This document shows positions 40,256 to 47,153 of a stretch of 64,000 nucleotides of DNA, piece after piece (within the stretch, counting starts at the first letter, position 1; each line of letters begins with the position of its first letter). The position numbers and the translations under genes were made by a program. A model generated the notes under the pieces. That model was given only the letters and a program-made list of their open reading frames with translations. It was not told the origin of the DNA and made no database searches. This stretch comes from Actinomycetota bacterium (GTDB lineage Bacteria > Actinomycetota > Acidimicrobiia > Spongiisociales > ZC4RG35): positions 10,832 to 74,831 of the forward strand of contig JBKHKD010000007.1 of assembly GCA_046537785.1 (NCBI GenBank), in the 5' to 3' direction.

Positions 40256-40952
40256 CGTCGAGGGTGTCCATGCGGTGGCCGCGGCGCTGGCCGCCGGGCG
40301 TGTAGAGCGGCTCTACGTCGAAGAGGGCAGGCGGGAACGTATCGGCGAGCTTTTGAATGCAGCCGACGAGGACATGGTGAAGTTCGTTGAGGATGTCCGC
40401 TCGCTCGCCGACACGGACGCACCACAGGGTGTGGTCGCACGCTGTCGGCCTATTCAGCCGGTGACGCTGGACACCCTCTCATCTGAGGACGCCGCGGTTC
40501 TCGTGCTGGACCACATCGAGGATCCGCACAATGTCGGTGCTGCGGCGCGAAGCGCACGGGCGGCCGGGGTCGGTGGGATGATCGTTTCAGATCGGCGCGC
40601 CGCTCCTATGTCCGGGACGACGTTCAAGGCTGCGGCCGGAGCTCTGGAGACGCTGCCCGTGGCCATCGTCGGGTCCATCCCCGAGGCGCTGAGCCGGCTC
40701 AAGGACGATGGCGTCTGGGTTGTCGGCCTTGAGGCGGATGGTGATCAGAGTCTCTTCGATCTAGACCTGCTCACCGAGCCGGTGGCGGTGGTAGTCGGTG
40801 CGGAAGGCTCCGGTCTCGCCGAGTTGACCCGGAAGCGATGTGATGTGCTGGCTTCGATCCCGATGGCAACGAATACCGAGAGTCTCAACGCCTCAGTTTC
40901 CGCTGCGCTGGCGTGCTTTGAGATAATGAGGGTGCGCAGCAGGCCGCGTTAG
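40230..40952 (+). CDS. rlmB: 23S rRNA 2'-O-methyltransferase, SpoU/TrmH family (RlmB-like)
   Basis: It has SpoU motifs (HNVGAAARSA; ESLNASVSAAL). Its last 10 nt overlap the 5' end of tRNA-Thr. Confidence 0.85.
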   Translation: MAPAGYGDSVEGVHAVAAALAAGRVERLYVEEGRRERIGELLNAADEDMVKFVEDVRSLADTDAPQGVVARCRPIQPVTLDTLSSEDAAVLVLDHIEDPHNVGAAARSARAAGVGGMIVSDRRAAPMSGTTFKAAAGALETLPVAIVGSIPEALSRLKDDGVWVVGLEADGDQSLFDLDLLTEPVAVVVGAEGSGLAELTRKRCDVLASIPMATNTESLNASVSAALACFEIMRVRSRPR

Positions 40953-41018
40953 CTCAGTTGGTAGAGCAGCTGATTTGTAATCAGCAGGTCGTCGGTTCGA
41001 CTCCGGCACGCGGCTCCA
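40943..41018 (+). tRNA. tRNA-Thr (anticodon TGT), CCA encoded
   Basis: I folded it by hand: acceptor GCCGCGT/ACGCGGC, anticodon stem GCTGA/TCAGC with loop TTTGTAA, T arm GTCGG-TTCGACT-CCGGC, then T-CCA. Confidence 0.92.
40974..41016. repeat. attL core (43 bp, anticodon loop to 3' end of tRNA-Thr)
   Basis: It is identical base for base to 51132-51174 (TTTGTAATCAGCAGGTCGTCGGTTCGACTCCGGCACGCGGCTC). The flanking bases differ on both sides. Confidence 0.9.
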
Positions 41019-41119
41019 AGATAAGACAGAAACCCCGTTGTAACTGGTGGTTTCCGGTAATACCTCCTCGTGTCATTGACTCTGGTTAGACTGGCACTAC
41101 GCTAGCACAGCGGATAACA

Positions 41120-42010
41120 ATGGCAACTGATTCTCTCCCGATCCCCGACCTCCTCGACTCATTCGAACTTCACCTCCGCGCTAAAAACCGTGCTGAGAAG
41201 ACGATCAAATCGTATCGGGAGGCTGTGACACAACTCGCCGGCCACGTCGACGGCAAGCCCTCCGACCAGATAACCAACCAGGACGTCGAAAGCTATCTGG
41301 CCGCGGTCCTCGCCAAAAACGCCCCGGCGACGGCCCGCCAGAGGTACGCGTCACTCGTCCAGTTTTTCAAGTGGGCTCACGCCGAAGGCGAGATACCCGA
41401 CAACCCGATGGACCGCGTACAACCCCCACAACTCGCAGAGCAACCCGTCCCGGTGCTCACCCCCGCCGATCTAAGCGCCCTGATTCGGGCGGCGAAAGGT
41501 CAGGGGTTCGAGGAACGCCGAGACGAAGCCCTCATCCGAATGTTTGCTGATACCGGCGTCAGGCTGGGAGAAATGGCCGGTCTCCGCGTCGGTGACGTAG
41601 ACCTGAACCTCGCCGTCGCCGTCGTCAAGGGGAAGGGCTCGAGGTTTCGCACAGTCCCATACGGCGACAAGACCCGCGAAGCACTCGACCGCTACCGACG
41701 CCAACGGATGCGACACGAGTACGCCGACCTCGAAGCCTGGTGGCTCGGCCGCAAAGGTGCGCTCACCGACTCAGGGATAACGCAGATCCTCAGACGCCGC
41801 GCCAAAGACGCCGGACTCGACGGTCTACACGCCCACCAATTCCGCCACAGCTTCGCGCACCAGTGGCTCGCGCAGGGCGGCAACGAAGGCGACCTGCAAC
41901 GGATCGCCGGATGGTCAAGCCCGCAGATGCTGCAACGGTACGGCAAGTCGGCCGCGGACCAGAGGGCGCGGGAGAACTACCGCAATAATCCGTTATGGGG
42001 GGACCTGTGA
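41120..42010 (+). CDS. tyrosine recombinase / phage-type integrase
   Basis: It has a SAM-like N-terminal domain (LHLRAKNRAEKTIKSYREAV) and a catalytic domain with R (GVRLGE), HQFRHSF and LQRYGK (Tyr). Confidence 0.9.
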   Translation: MATDSLPIPDLLDSFELHLRAKNRAEKTIKSYREAVTQLAGHVDGKPSDQITNQDVESYLAAVLAKNAPATARQRYASLVQFFKWAHAEGEIPDNPMDRVQPPQLAEQPVPVLTPADLSALIRAAKGQGFEERRDEALIRMFADTGVRLGEMAGLRVGDVDLNLAVAVVKGKGSRFRTVPYGDKTREALDRYRRQRMRHEYADLEAWWLGRKGALTDSGITQILRRRAKDAGLDGLHAHQFRHSFAHQWLAQGGNEGDLQRIAGWSSPQMLQRYGKSAADQRARENYRNNPLWGDL

Positions 42011-42282
42011 CAACCTTTGTTGTCCGATGCAACGTCGACGGCCATCGCCAGGCCATCGGGACAATCGAACTCGGCCCGGACGGAATCGAACTGGTGCGCA
42101 AGGCCCCGATAGACGGAGTACAGACCGGCAATAAGCCACTCTGGCTGCACCGCCGGTCGCATCTCACGCACACAGAGCTATCTCAGGAGCCTGATTCCGT
42201 GGTTGAGTTCTACTGCCCGCGACACGGAATTGGTGAGAAGGCCTTTAGTGAAATCCAGCGAGCGATCCGAGAAGTCAGATAA
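42007..42282 (+). CDS. hypothetical protein
   Basis: The ORF has good GC3. The GTG at 42007 overlaps the integrase stop (GTGA); ATG 41995 is an alternative. I recognise no family. Confidence 0.45.
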   Translation: MTTFVVRCNVDGHRQAIGTIELGPDGIELVRKAPIDGVQTGNKPLWLHRRSHLTHTELSQEPDSVVEFYCPRHGIGEKAFSEIQRAIREVR

Positions 42283-42389
42283 CCAAGGTCCGCTGTGCTA
42301 TATTGAGAAGCACATAGGAATACGCCCCCAGGCCTAGCCGGAATAGGACCTCGCCCGTCGGGCACGGTGAGAGAACAGGAGTTCTCCAC

Positions 42390-42659
42390 ATGCCTAGGGG
42401 TATTTCCAACCTCACACCCGAAGAGCGGAGCCTCAGAGCCCGACTCGCAGCCCACACGCTGCATTCCAAGGTCGACCCGACCAAACACACCGAACCCGCC
42501 CGCGCGGCGTTCATGGATCGGTTTCTCGATGAAGTAGACCCGAACCGGGAGCTATCCGAAGCTGAACGCCACCGCCGAGCCGAACACGCCCGCAAAGCGT
42601 ACTTCTACCGGCTGTCGCTGAAATCTGCTCAAGCTCGCCGGAAGGCGGGTGTGGCATGA
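42390..42659 (+). CDS. hypothetical protein (basic helical, of a type recurring near actinobacterial integrases)
   Basis: An AGGAG SD lies 8 nt upstream. The protein reads ...PARAAFMDRFLDEVDP...ERHRRAEHARKAYFYRLSLKSAQARR. The family assignment is from memory only. Confidence 0.55.
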   Translation: MPRGISNLTPEERSLRARLAAHTLHSKVDPTKHTEPARAAFMDRFLDEVDPNRELSEAERHRRAEHARKAYFYRLSLKSAQARRKAGVA

Positions 42660-43075
42660 GCCGCTTCGACCAGAGAGAAAGCGGCCCCCGCCAAGAGGCC
42701 GCTTCCCAAACATCGGCTACCACACCGACCAACAAGGACAAGGATAACAGGCCAAGCCAATACGACCGAGTGCTTTCGGTCCTTCTGGAACACGGCGAAG
42801 TCTGCGGACACCACACGTTCTATGCGTCGATGATGATTCCCCGGTTCGGCGCGCACCTGAACCGCATGAAAAATCGGGGCATCCTCTGGTCTAAGCGGCC
42901 GTGTGACCGCCACAACCATGAGGGCACCGCGTACCTGTATCGGTTGGAGTCGGTCCCAGCGCCCGCGGAAGGCGAACCGTGCCCGGCTTGTGGCGGCCGG
43001 CTGGCCTGCGTGTCTGACTGTCGCGCCCGTTCTTTAGATATGGGCACTCTGCCTTTCGTGGAAGGGTCGGCGTGA
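42656..43075 (+). CDS. putative winged-helix DNA-binding protein with C-terminal CxxC
   Basis: It overlaps the previous gene by ATGA. The segment QYDRVLSVLLEHGEVCG...RFGAHLNRMKNRG looks wHTH-like, and CPACGG follows. Confidence 0.5.
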   Translation: MSRFDQRESGPRQEAASQTSATTPTNKDKDNRPSQYDRVLSVLLEHGEVCGHHTFYASMMIPRFGAHLNRMKNRGILWSKRPCDRHNHEGTAYLYRLESVPAPAEGEPCPACGGRLACVSDCRARSLDMGTLPFVEGSA

Positions 43076-43081
43076 CGGCTC

Positions 43082-43345
43082 ATGGCACTCTCACTAGTCC
43101 GCGCCATACCCGGCGCGCCCGAAGACGTCAGAGCCGCCGTAGAAGCCGCCCACGCGGCCCTACACGAGACCCGGTGTCAAGCCTGGCTGAGAGCCACCGG
43201 CCACCGGCCAGTCAGCCCGTATGCGGCGAACCGTCGAACCGCTGTCATGCTCGACGGGAAAGACAGTCCAGTCCCGGTCGCCAAGACCGCTGTCCCGGTC
43301 CGTGGGGAGTCCTGCGAATACCACCCGGTCGAGGAGTCGCCGTGA
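43082..43345 (+). CDS. hypothetical protein
   Basis: This frame has normal composition and GC3, unlike the Arg-rich overlapping frame of track ORF 43072. Confidence 0.45.
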   Translation: MALSLVRAIPGAPEDVRAAVEAAHAALHETRCQAWLRATGHRPVSPYAANRRTAVMLDGKDSPVPVAKTAVPVRGESCEYHPVEESP

Positions 43346-43947
43346 TTACCGGCGAAGCGTTCTGGACGGTCGCCCAAAGGGAATACGCCGCGGACCGATC
43401 CTGGCACGTCGAGCAAGCCGGTAAACCCTTCTTCTCGACGGTGTTCAATGAGACACTCGATGACTTCCTGGCCGACAACCCGGACAGACGCGGCGATGTA
43501 ATCGGCTATTACCTGCTCGCCTGGTACGAACTCTACGAGCCGCACGAACTCCCGAACGGCGACCCAACAATGGAGCGCGAGTTTTCAGAGGAATGCGACC
43601 GATTCGACGGCCACCTGCAAGCCCTCGCCAACGGCAAGCCAGCCAAGACCGAGAAGTCGGCTGGCGATAAGTGGGCGAGTCCTGGCCGTCTCGTCTGTAC
43701 CTGGCCCGACCTCGACCTAACCGCCCGCGCGGTCCTGTTCGTAATGGCCGCCCACGGACGCGACGACGGATCTAACTGTTTCGTCTCGCAGGCGACTATT
43801 GCCGAATACTTGGGGTTGTCTCAGGTCGAGACGGTGCGGCGAGCTTGGCGGCGACTCGAGAAGGCCGGGGCAATCAAGCAGACAGCGAAGGCGACTCAAC
43901 AGAAGCCGCCGACGTATCGGATCAACCGAGGACCGAGGGTCGTATGA
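43342..43947 (+). CDS. HTH-domain protein (replication-initiator or regulator-like)
   Basis: The GTG at 43342 overlaps the previous stop (GTGA). It has a C-terminal HTH (CFVSQATIAEYLGLSQVETVRRAWRRLEKAGAI). The iteron array starts 8 bp downstream. Confidence 0.55.
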   Translation: MITGEAFWTVAQREYAADRSWHVEQAGKPFFSTVFNETLDDFLADNPDRRGDVIGYYLLAWYELYEPHELPNGDPTMEREFSEECDRFDGHLQALANGKPAKTEKSAGDKWASPGRLVCTWPDLDLTARAVLFVMAAHGRDDGSNCFVSQATIAEYLGLSQVETVRRAWRRLEKAGAIKQTAKATQQKPPTYRINRGPRVV

Positions 43948-44201
43948 GCACCTATCCAGACCCCTACCACCGTAGGGGGGTACCAAGTCCAGACCCCTAC
44001 GACGACGCGCTCAGACCCCTACCGCCACGCGCTCAGACCCCTACCGCCGTAGGGACTAAGAGTCTTAAGAGACTCAAGAACGCTCCACCGCGCCGCCCTG
44101 AAGGGCGGGCGGCGTCGCTTCAAGAACGCGACCGTCTGATTCTGGACATCGTTGAGTGGGCTCAACTCGCCGCGGAAGGCATCGAGGGGTACCGCCGATG
44201 A
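43944..44201 (+). CDS. hypothetical Pro-rich ORF overlapping the iteron array
   Basis: The frame is open with an ATGA overlap, but its first ~100 nt are the repeats, so coding status is uncertain. Confidence 0.3.
   Translation: MSTYPDPYHRRGVPSPDPYDDALRPLPPRAQTPTAVGTKSLKRLKNAPPRRPEGRAASLQERDRLILDIVEWAQLAAEGIEGYRR
43955..44054. repeat. iteron array, 4 copies of CAGACCCCTAC
   Basis: The cores are at 43957, 43990, 44012 and 44034, giving spacings of 33, 22 and 22 bp. Copies 1 and 4 are embedded in CCCTAC..GTAGGG palindromes. Confidence 0.7.
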
Positions 44202-44428
44202 GAGAGTCAGCCTTCAACAAAGCCCGTCGATACCTCACCGAAGGCCGACTGTTAGTTGTCGCTGTCAATGAAAACCGCATCGACGCGTTATGCCGCGGAG
44301 ACGGCCGCATCTACTCGCTGGGACTCAACCCGGGAGGCGTCTGGTCTTGTGACTGTCCCGCGCGTACCGACCAATGCGCCCACCTACGAGCCCTCCGATT
44401 GGTCACGATTGAGGGAGGCCACCAGTGA
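44198..44428 (+). CDS. SWIM zinc-finger protein
   Basis: It has a CxCxnCxH pattern (WSCDCPARTDQCAHLRAL) and is 76 aa. Confidence 0.6.
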   Translation: MRESAFNKARRYLTEGRLLVVAVNENRIDALCRGDGRIYSLGLNPGGVWSCDCPARTDQCAHLRALRLVTIEGGHQ

Positions 44429-44700
44429 CCGAGAGATTGACATTCAGTTGCGCGGCATGTGGCTGGGAGTCCCGACCCCCCGCCGGCGTCGAAATGGTCT
44501 TCCACCCCTGCTCCGCCACCCGGACCCGCAGACAGCTCCGCCGGACCGCACACCGGGCCGTCGTCTCCCTCCAGGACCGCACCCTCGTAGACCGGGAGGA
44601 GATCCAGGAGGCTGACCGGGAACGCTGGCGGGAGGAGTCCCCCGTCGTCCAATCCCTCGAGACCGTGCTCGGGGAAGCCGCACTCAGGAGCGTCGACTAA
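44425..44700 (+). CDS. hypothetical protein (CxxC near N-terminus)
   Basis: It overlaps the previous gene by GTGA and has good GC3. Confidence 0.45.
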   Translation: MTERLTFSCAACGWESRPPAGVEMVFHPCSATRTRRQLRRTAHRAVVSLQDRTLVDREEIQEADRERWREESPVVQSLETVLGEAALRSVD

Positions 44701-44870
44701 TGGTGGCCTGGCGCGTCCAATACTTCCGTGAAGGCTCCCCCTACCCCGTCTCCCGATACCACCACGGCGACCAAGCCGAGAAGGAAGCGAAAGCCGAAGC
44801 CGCCGAACTCCGGGACCGCGGCGTCACCAACGTCGAAGTGAAGCGGATCGAGAAAGGATCGAAACCATGA
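44700..44870 (+). CDS. hypothetical small protein (56 aa)
   Basis: This ORF is not in the supplied track because it is under 60 aa. Its ATG overlaps the previous TAA. The translation is MVAWRVQYFREGSPYPVSRYHHGDQAEKEAKAEAAELRDRGVTNVEVKRIEKGSKP. Confidence 0.4.
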   Translation: MVAWRVQYFREGSPYPVSRYHHGDQAEKEAKAEAAELRDRGVTNVEVKRIEKGSKP

Positions 44871-44982
44871 ACCCGATTTTTTTAGAGGCGTTTAGGAGCG
44901 GCGAGTACACTCCTGGCGTCTCTCTCCCCTGCGTGCCGAGGCCCATTTTTGAGCGGCGCTCAAAGTCTGCGGGTGGCCGCTG

Positions 44983-45339
44983 ATGGCTGACTCACCGGGC
45001 GAGCGGCTCCGGGCGGCGATCCTTGAGACCTACACGCTCGACGCTGGCGAGATGGTCCTGCTCGATCAGGTGGTCGAAGTGTGTGACGCCCTGGAGCGGG
45101 TGAACCGGGACGTGGCCGCGTTGGACGTGCTGACCTCGACGGGTTCGGCCGGCCAGGAAGTCGAACATCCGTTGCTGAAAGCCCAGCGGGACTATTCGGC
45201 GTTGTTGGCGCGGATGGTCGAGGCGTTGCGTCTCCCGGCGCCGGGCGCGGCCGAGGACGAGGAGGGCGAGTCACAGATCACCCACTTGGCGCGGAAGGCC
45301 GCCCGCGCCCGTTGGGAGAAAGCGAGAACTGATGGCTAG
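44983..45339 (+). CDS. phage terminase small subunit-like protein (P27/actinophage TerS type)
   Basis: The pattern ...LDAGEMVLLDQVVEVCDALERV...TSTGSAGQEVEHPLLKAQRDYSALLARMVEALRLP...ARKAARARW matches my recollection of actinophage small terminases. I ran no search. Confidence 0.55.
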   Translation: MADSPGERLRAAILETYTLDAGEMVLLDQVVEVCDALERVNRDVAALDVLTSTGSAGQEVEHPLLKAQRDYSALLARMVEALRLPAPGAAEDEEGESQITHLARKAARARWEKARTDG

Positions 45340-45625
45340 ACGACAGAGACGCGACCGCGGGCCGTTCAAACTCCCGGCGAAGCTGGTCCCTGATCTTGAC
45401 GATTGGGGATCTGAGGCTGAGGAGGAGAAGCGGCGACTACGAAACGAGTGGCTTCGGGCGACCGACCAGGCAGACCGGTATTTCTTTGAGTGGCTGCCCG
45501 CGTACCTGGCCGAGCGGCGAAGGCTCGCGGGGAGACCAACACCGCCGCCGCCGAGACGCCGCGGGCCGCTCCCCGACCGCGTGAAGGCGTTGCTGGCCAG
45601 CATGGAGAGTGGGGAGGACGAGTGA
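45332..45625 (+). CDS. hypothetical protein
   Basis: It overlaps the TerS-like gene by 8 nt and is charged and Arg-rich with a Pro tract. Confidence 0.45.
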   Translation: MARRQRRDRGPFKLPAKLVPDLDDWGSEAEEEKRRLRNEWLRATDQADRYFFEWLPAYLAERRRLAGRPTPPPPRRRGPLPDRVKALLASMESGEDE

Positions 45626-45849
45626 GACGCCGCGCGTACCCGTTCACCGCGCCGGCGCGGGTGACCCCCGAGTCGGTGGTCGGTGTTGTCGTGACGGTCG
45701 ATCCGATATCGGTGGATATGCCGACGAGGGTTCGGGTGGAGCGCCAGCTGGCTGGTGCTCTCAAGGTTCTGGGAATGGAGATTGTCCCAGTTGAGAAAGC
45801 AAGCCGTCCCTGGTGGCGGCGCAAGACGAACCGAGGAGGTTCACAATGA
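45622..45849 (+). CDS. hypothetical protein
   Basis: The GTG at 45622 overlaps the previous stop (GTGA). It is the C-terminal part of track ORF 45490. Confidence 0.4.
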   Translation: MRRRAYPFTAPARVTPESVVGVVVTVDPISVDMPTRVRVERQLAGALKVLGMEIVPVEKASRPWWRRKTNRGGSQ

Positions 45850-46340
45850 GAAAAGAAGAAGTGTCGACAACTGAGACTGAAGTCTTGTCGATGTGTGACG
45901 GATGCCGGCTAATCCCGGTCAGTCATCTAGGGCTGGACATCACCGAGCCGGTGCGCGGGTTCGCGTACATGCTCGCCGCCAACGGCATCGAGGTTGTCGA
46001 GGACGACATCGGGCGCCCGTCGATTAGCCGGGATGACCTTGGCTGGCTTCTTGCGGAACGTCGGGAGCGTGAGGCACGCCGGGCCGCGGAAGCGGAAGAG
46101 CGCCGCGCCCAAGCCAAGCCCAATGTCGTCCTCGCCGGCGTCCCTGCCCAGGAAGGAGCGACCCCGTTCGAGGCGATGATGGCCGCGGAGAGCAACTACG
46201 TGACCCCCGACCGCGAGTTTGGTCGTCCTGGTGCCGGAACGGCGACGCAAGAGCTGCTGGAACAGCAATTCGCTGAGGGCCGGCGCCGGGACGCGGAGCG
46301 GAAGGCGAAGGCACGCAAGAAGAAGCAGGCCAAGTCGTGA
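45846..46340 (+). CDS. hypothetical protein with central charged helix and Lys-rich tail
   Basis: The ATG at 45846 overlaps the previous stop (ATGA). It contains an ERREREARRAAEAEERRAQ coiled-coil-like segment. Confidence 0.5.
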   Translation: MRKEEVSTTETEVLSMCDGCRLIPVSHLGLDITEPVRGFAYMLAANGIEVVEDDIGRPSISRDDLGWLLAERREREARRAAEAEERRAQAKPNVVLAGVPAQEGATPFEAMMAAESNYVTPDREFGRPGAGTATQELLEQQFAEGRRRDAERKAKARKKKQAKS

Positions 46341-46702
46341 GCCGGGTTACGTCGATTCCAGTTGTCGCTCTCGGCAAGGACTCTGATGGCCGGCCTACGC
46401 GGCTGTCGCTTCCAGGGACGGTCTCGAAGCCTGTCCCTATCAGGTCCGGCGGCCGGAAGATCGGCGAGGTTGCCCGCGACGGCTCGGTGTCATGGACTCC
46501 TGCCGGCAGCGCCGCGTCGTTCGAGGAAATGGTCGCCATTTCTGATGGTCTCGATCAGGCGAAATGGTCCCGGCGTCGGCTGCGTGCCGCCCTCTCCGGC
46601 GACAAGGTCGTGGCGGTTGTCGTACCAGCGAAGCGCCGTAAGACCGCGGTGGCGCCCCGGTTCGAGAAAGCCCCCGGCGGGTCTGTCCTCGACGTCCGGT
46701 AG
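46337..46702 (+). CDS. hypothetical protein
   Basis: It overlaps the previous gene by GTGA and has good GC3. Confidence 0.45.
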   Translation: MSRVTSIPVVALGKDSDGRPTRLSLPGTVSKPVPIRSGGRKIGEVARDGSVSWTPAGSAASFEEMVAISDGLDQAKWSRRRLRAALSGDKVVAVVVPAKRRKTAVAPRFEKAPGGSVLDVR

Positions 46703-46710
46703 ACAAGACA

Positions 46711-46965
46711 GTGAACGACGTCGCGCGTGTCCTCGAGCTACGGGATCGGCTCCCTAACGAGTGGGCCGGCCTGTTGACCCGGAGCGCGCAGGCCCTCGCC
46801 GCGGTCCAAGCCGAGACCGTCGACGAGGGCCGGTGCCGCGGCTGCGGGTCGGCTCTCCCGCCACAGGACCGCGGACGGCCGCGGAAGTGGTGCCAGGCCG
46901 CCCATTGCCAGCGAAAGTCGAAAAACGGCAGGAAAAAGGCGGGAAAAAGGACTATGGGGTCGTGA
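46711..46965 (+). CDS. hypothetical protein with C-terminal Cys-rich basic motif
   Basis: CRGCG...GRPRKWCQAAHCQRKSK resembles the GRPRxYCSxxCR tails seen in actinobacterial mobile-element proteins. This comparison is from memory. Confidence 0.45.
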   Translation: MNDVARVLELRDRLPNEWAGLLTRSAQALAAVQAETVDEGRCRGCGSALPPQDRGRPRKWCQAAHCQRKSKNGRKKAGKRTMGS

Positions 46966-47150
46966 TGGCTCCGATAGTCGACCAGAAAGCGTTAGAGGAC
47001 TTCATCGAGCACGCCGACCTCGATGAGGCTCGCCGGGCCGAGGCCGCGTTAGGGGCGATGGCCGCTTCGGTCCGGTTGAGAGTCGTCGAACTCGAAACCC
47101 GGCGCTCCAAGGAGTTGACCGTGTATCCCGCTGATCGAAAAGGAGACTAA
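46965..47150 (+). CDS. hypothetical small protein (61 aa)
   Basis: The ATG at 46965 overlaps the previous TGA. It is the C-terminal part of track ORF 46761. Confidence 0.4.
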   Translation: MAPIVDQKALEDFIEHADLDEARRAEAALGAMAASVRLRVVELETRRSKELTVYPADRKGD

Positions 47151-47153
47151 CCA

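Noticed and set aside
43072-43341. The first 90 codons of track ORF 43072-43947.
   Set aside because: The translation is extremely Arg/Pro/Ser-rich (RRARRRQSRRRSRPRG). The alternative frame 43082-43345 has normal composition and ends in a GTGA overlap with a GTG start at 43342. I therefore split the region into two genes.
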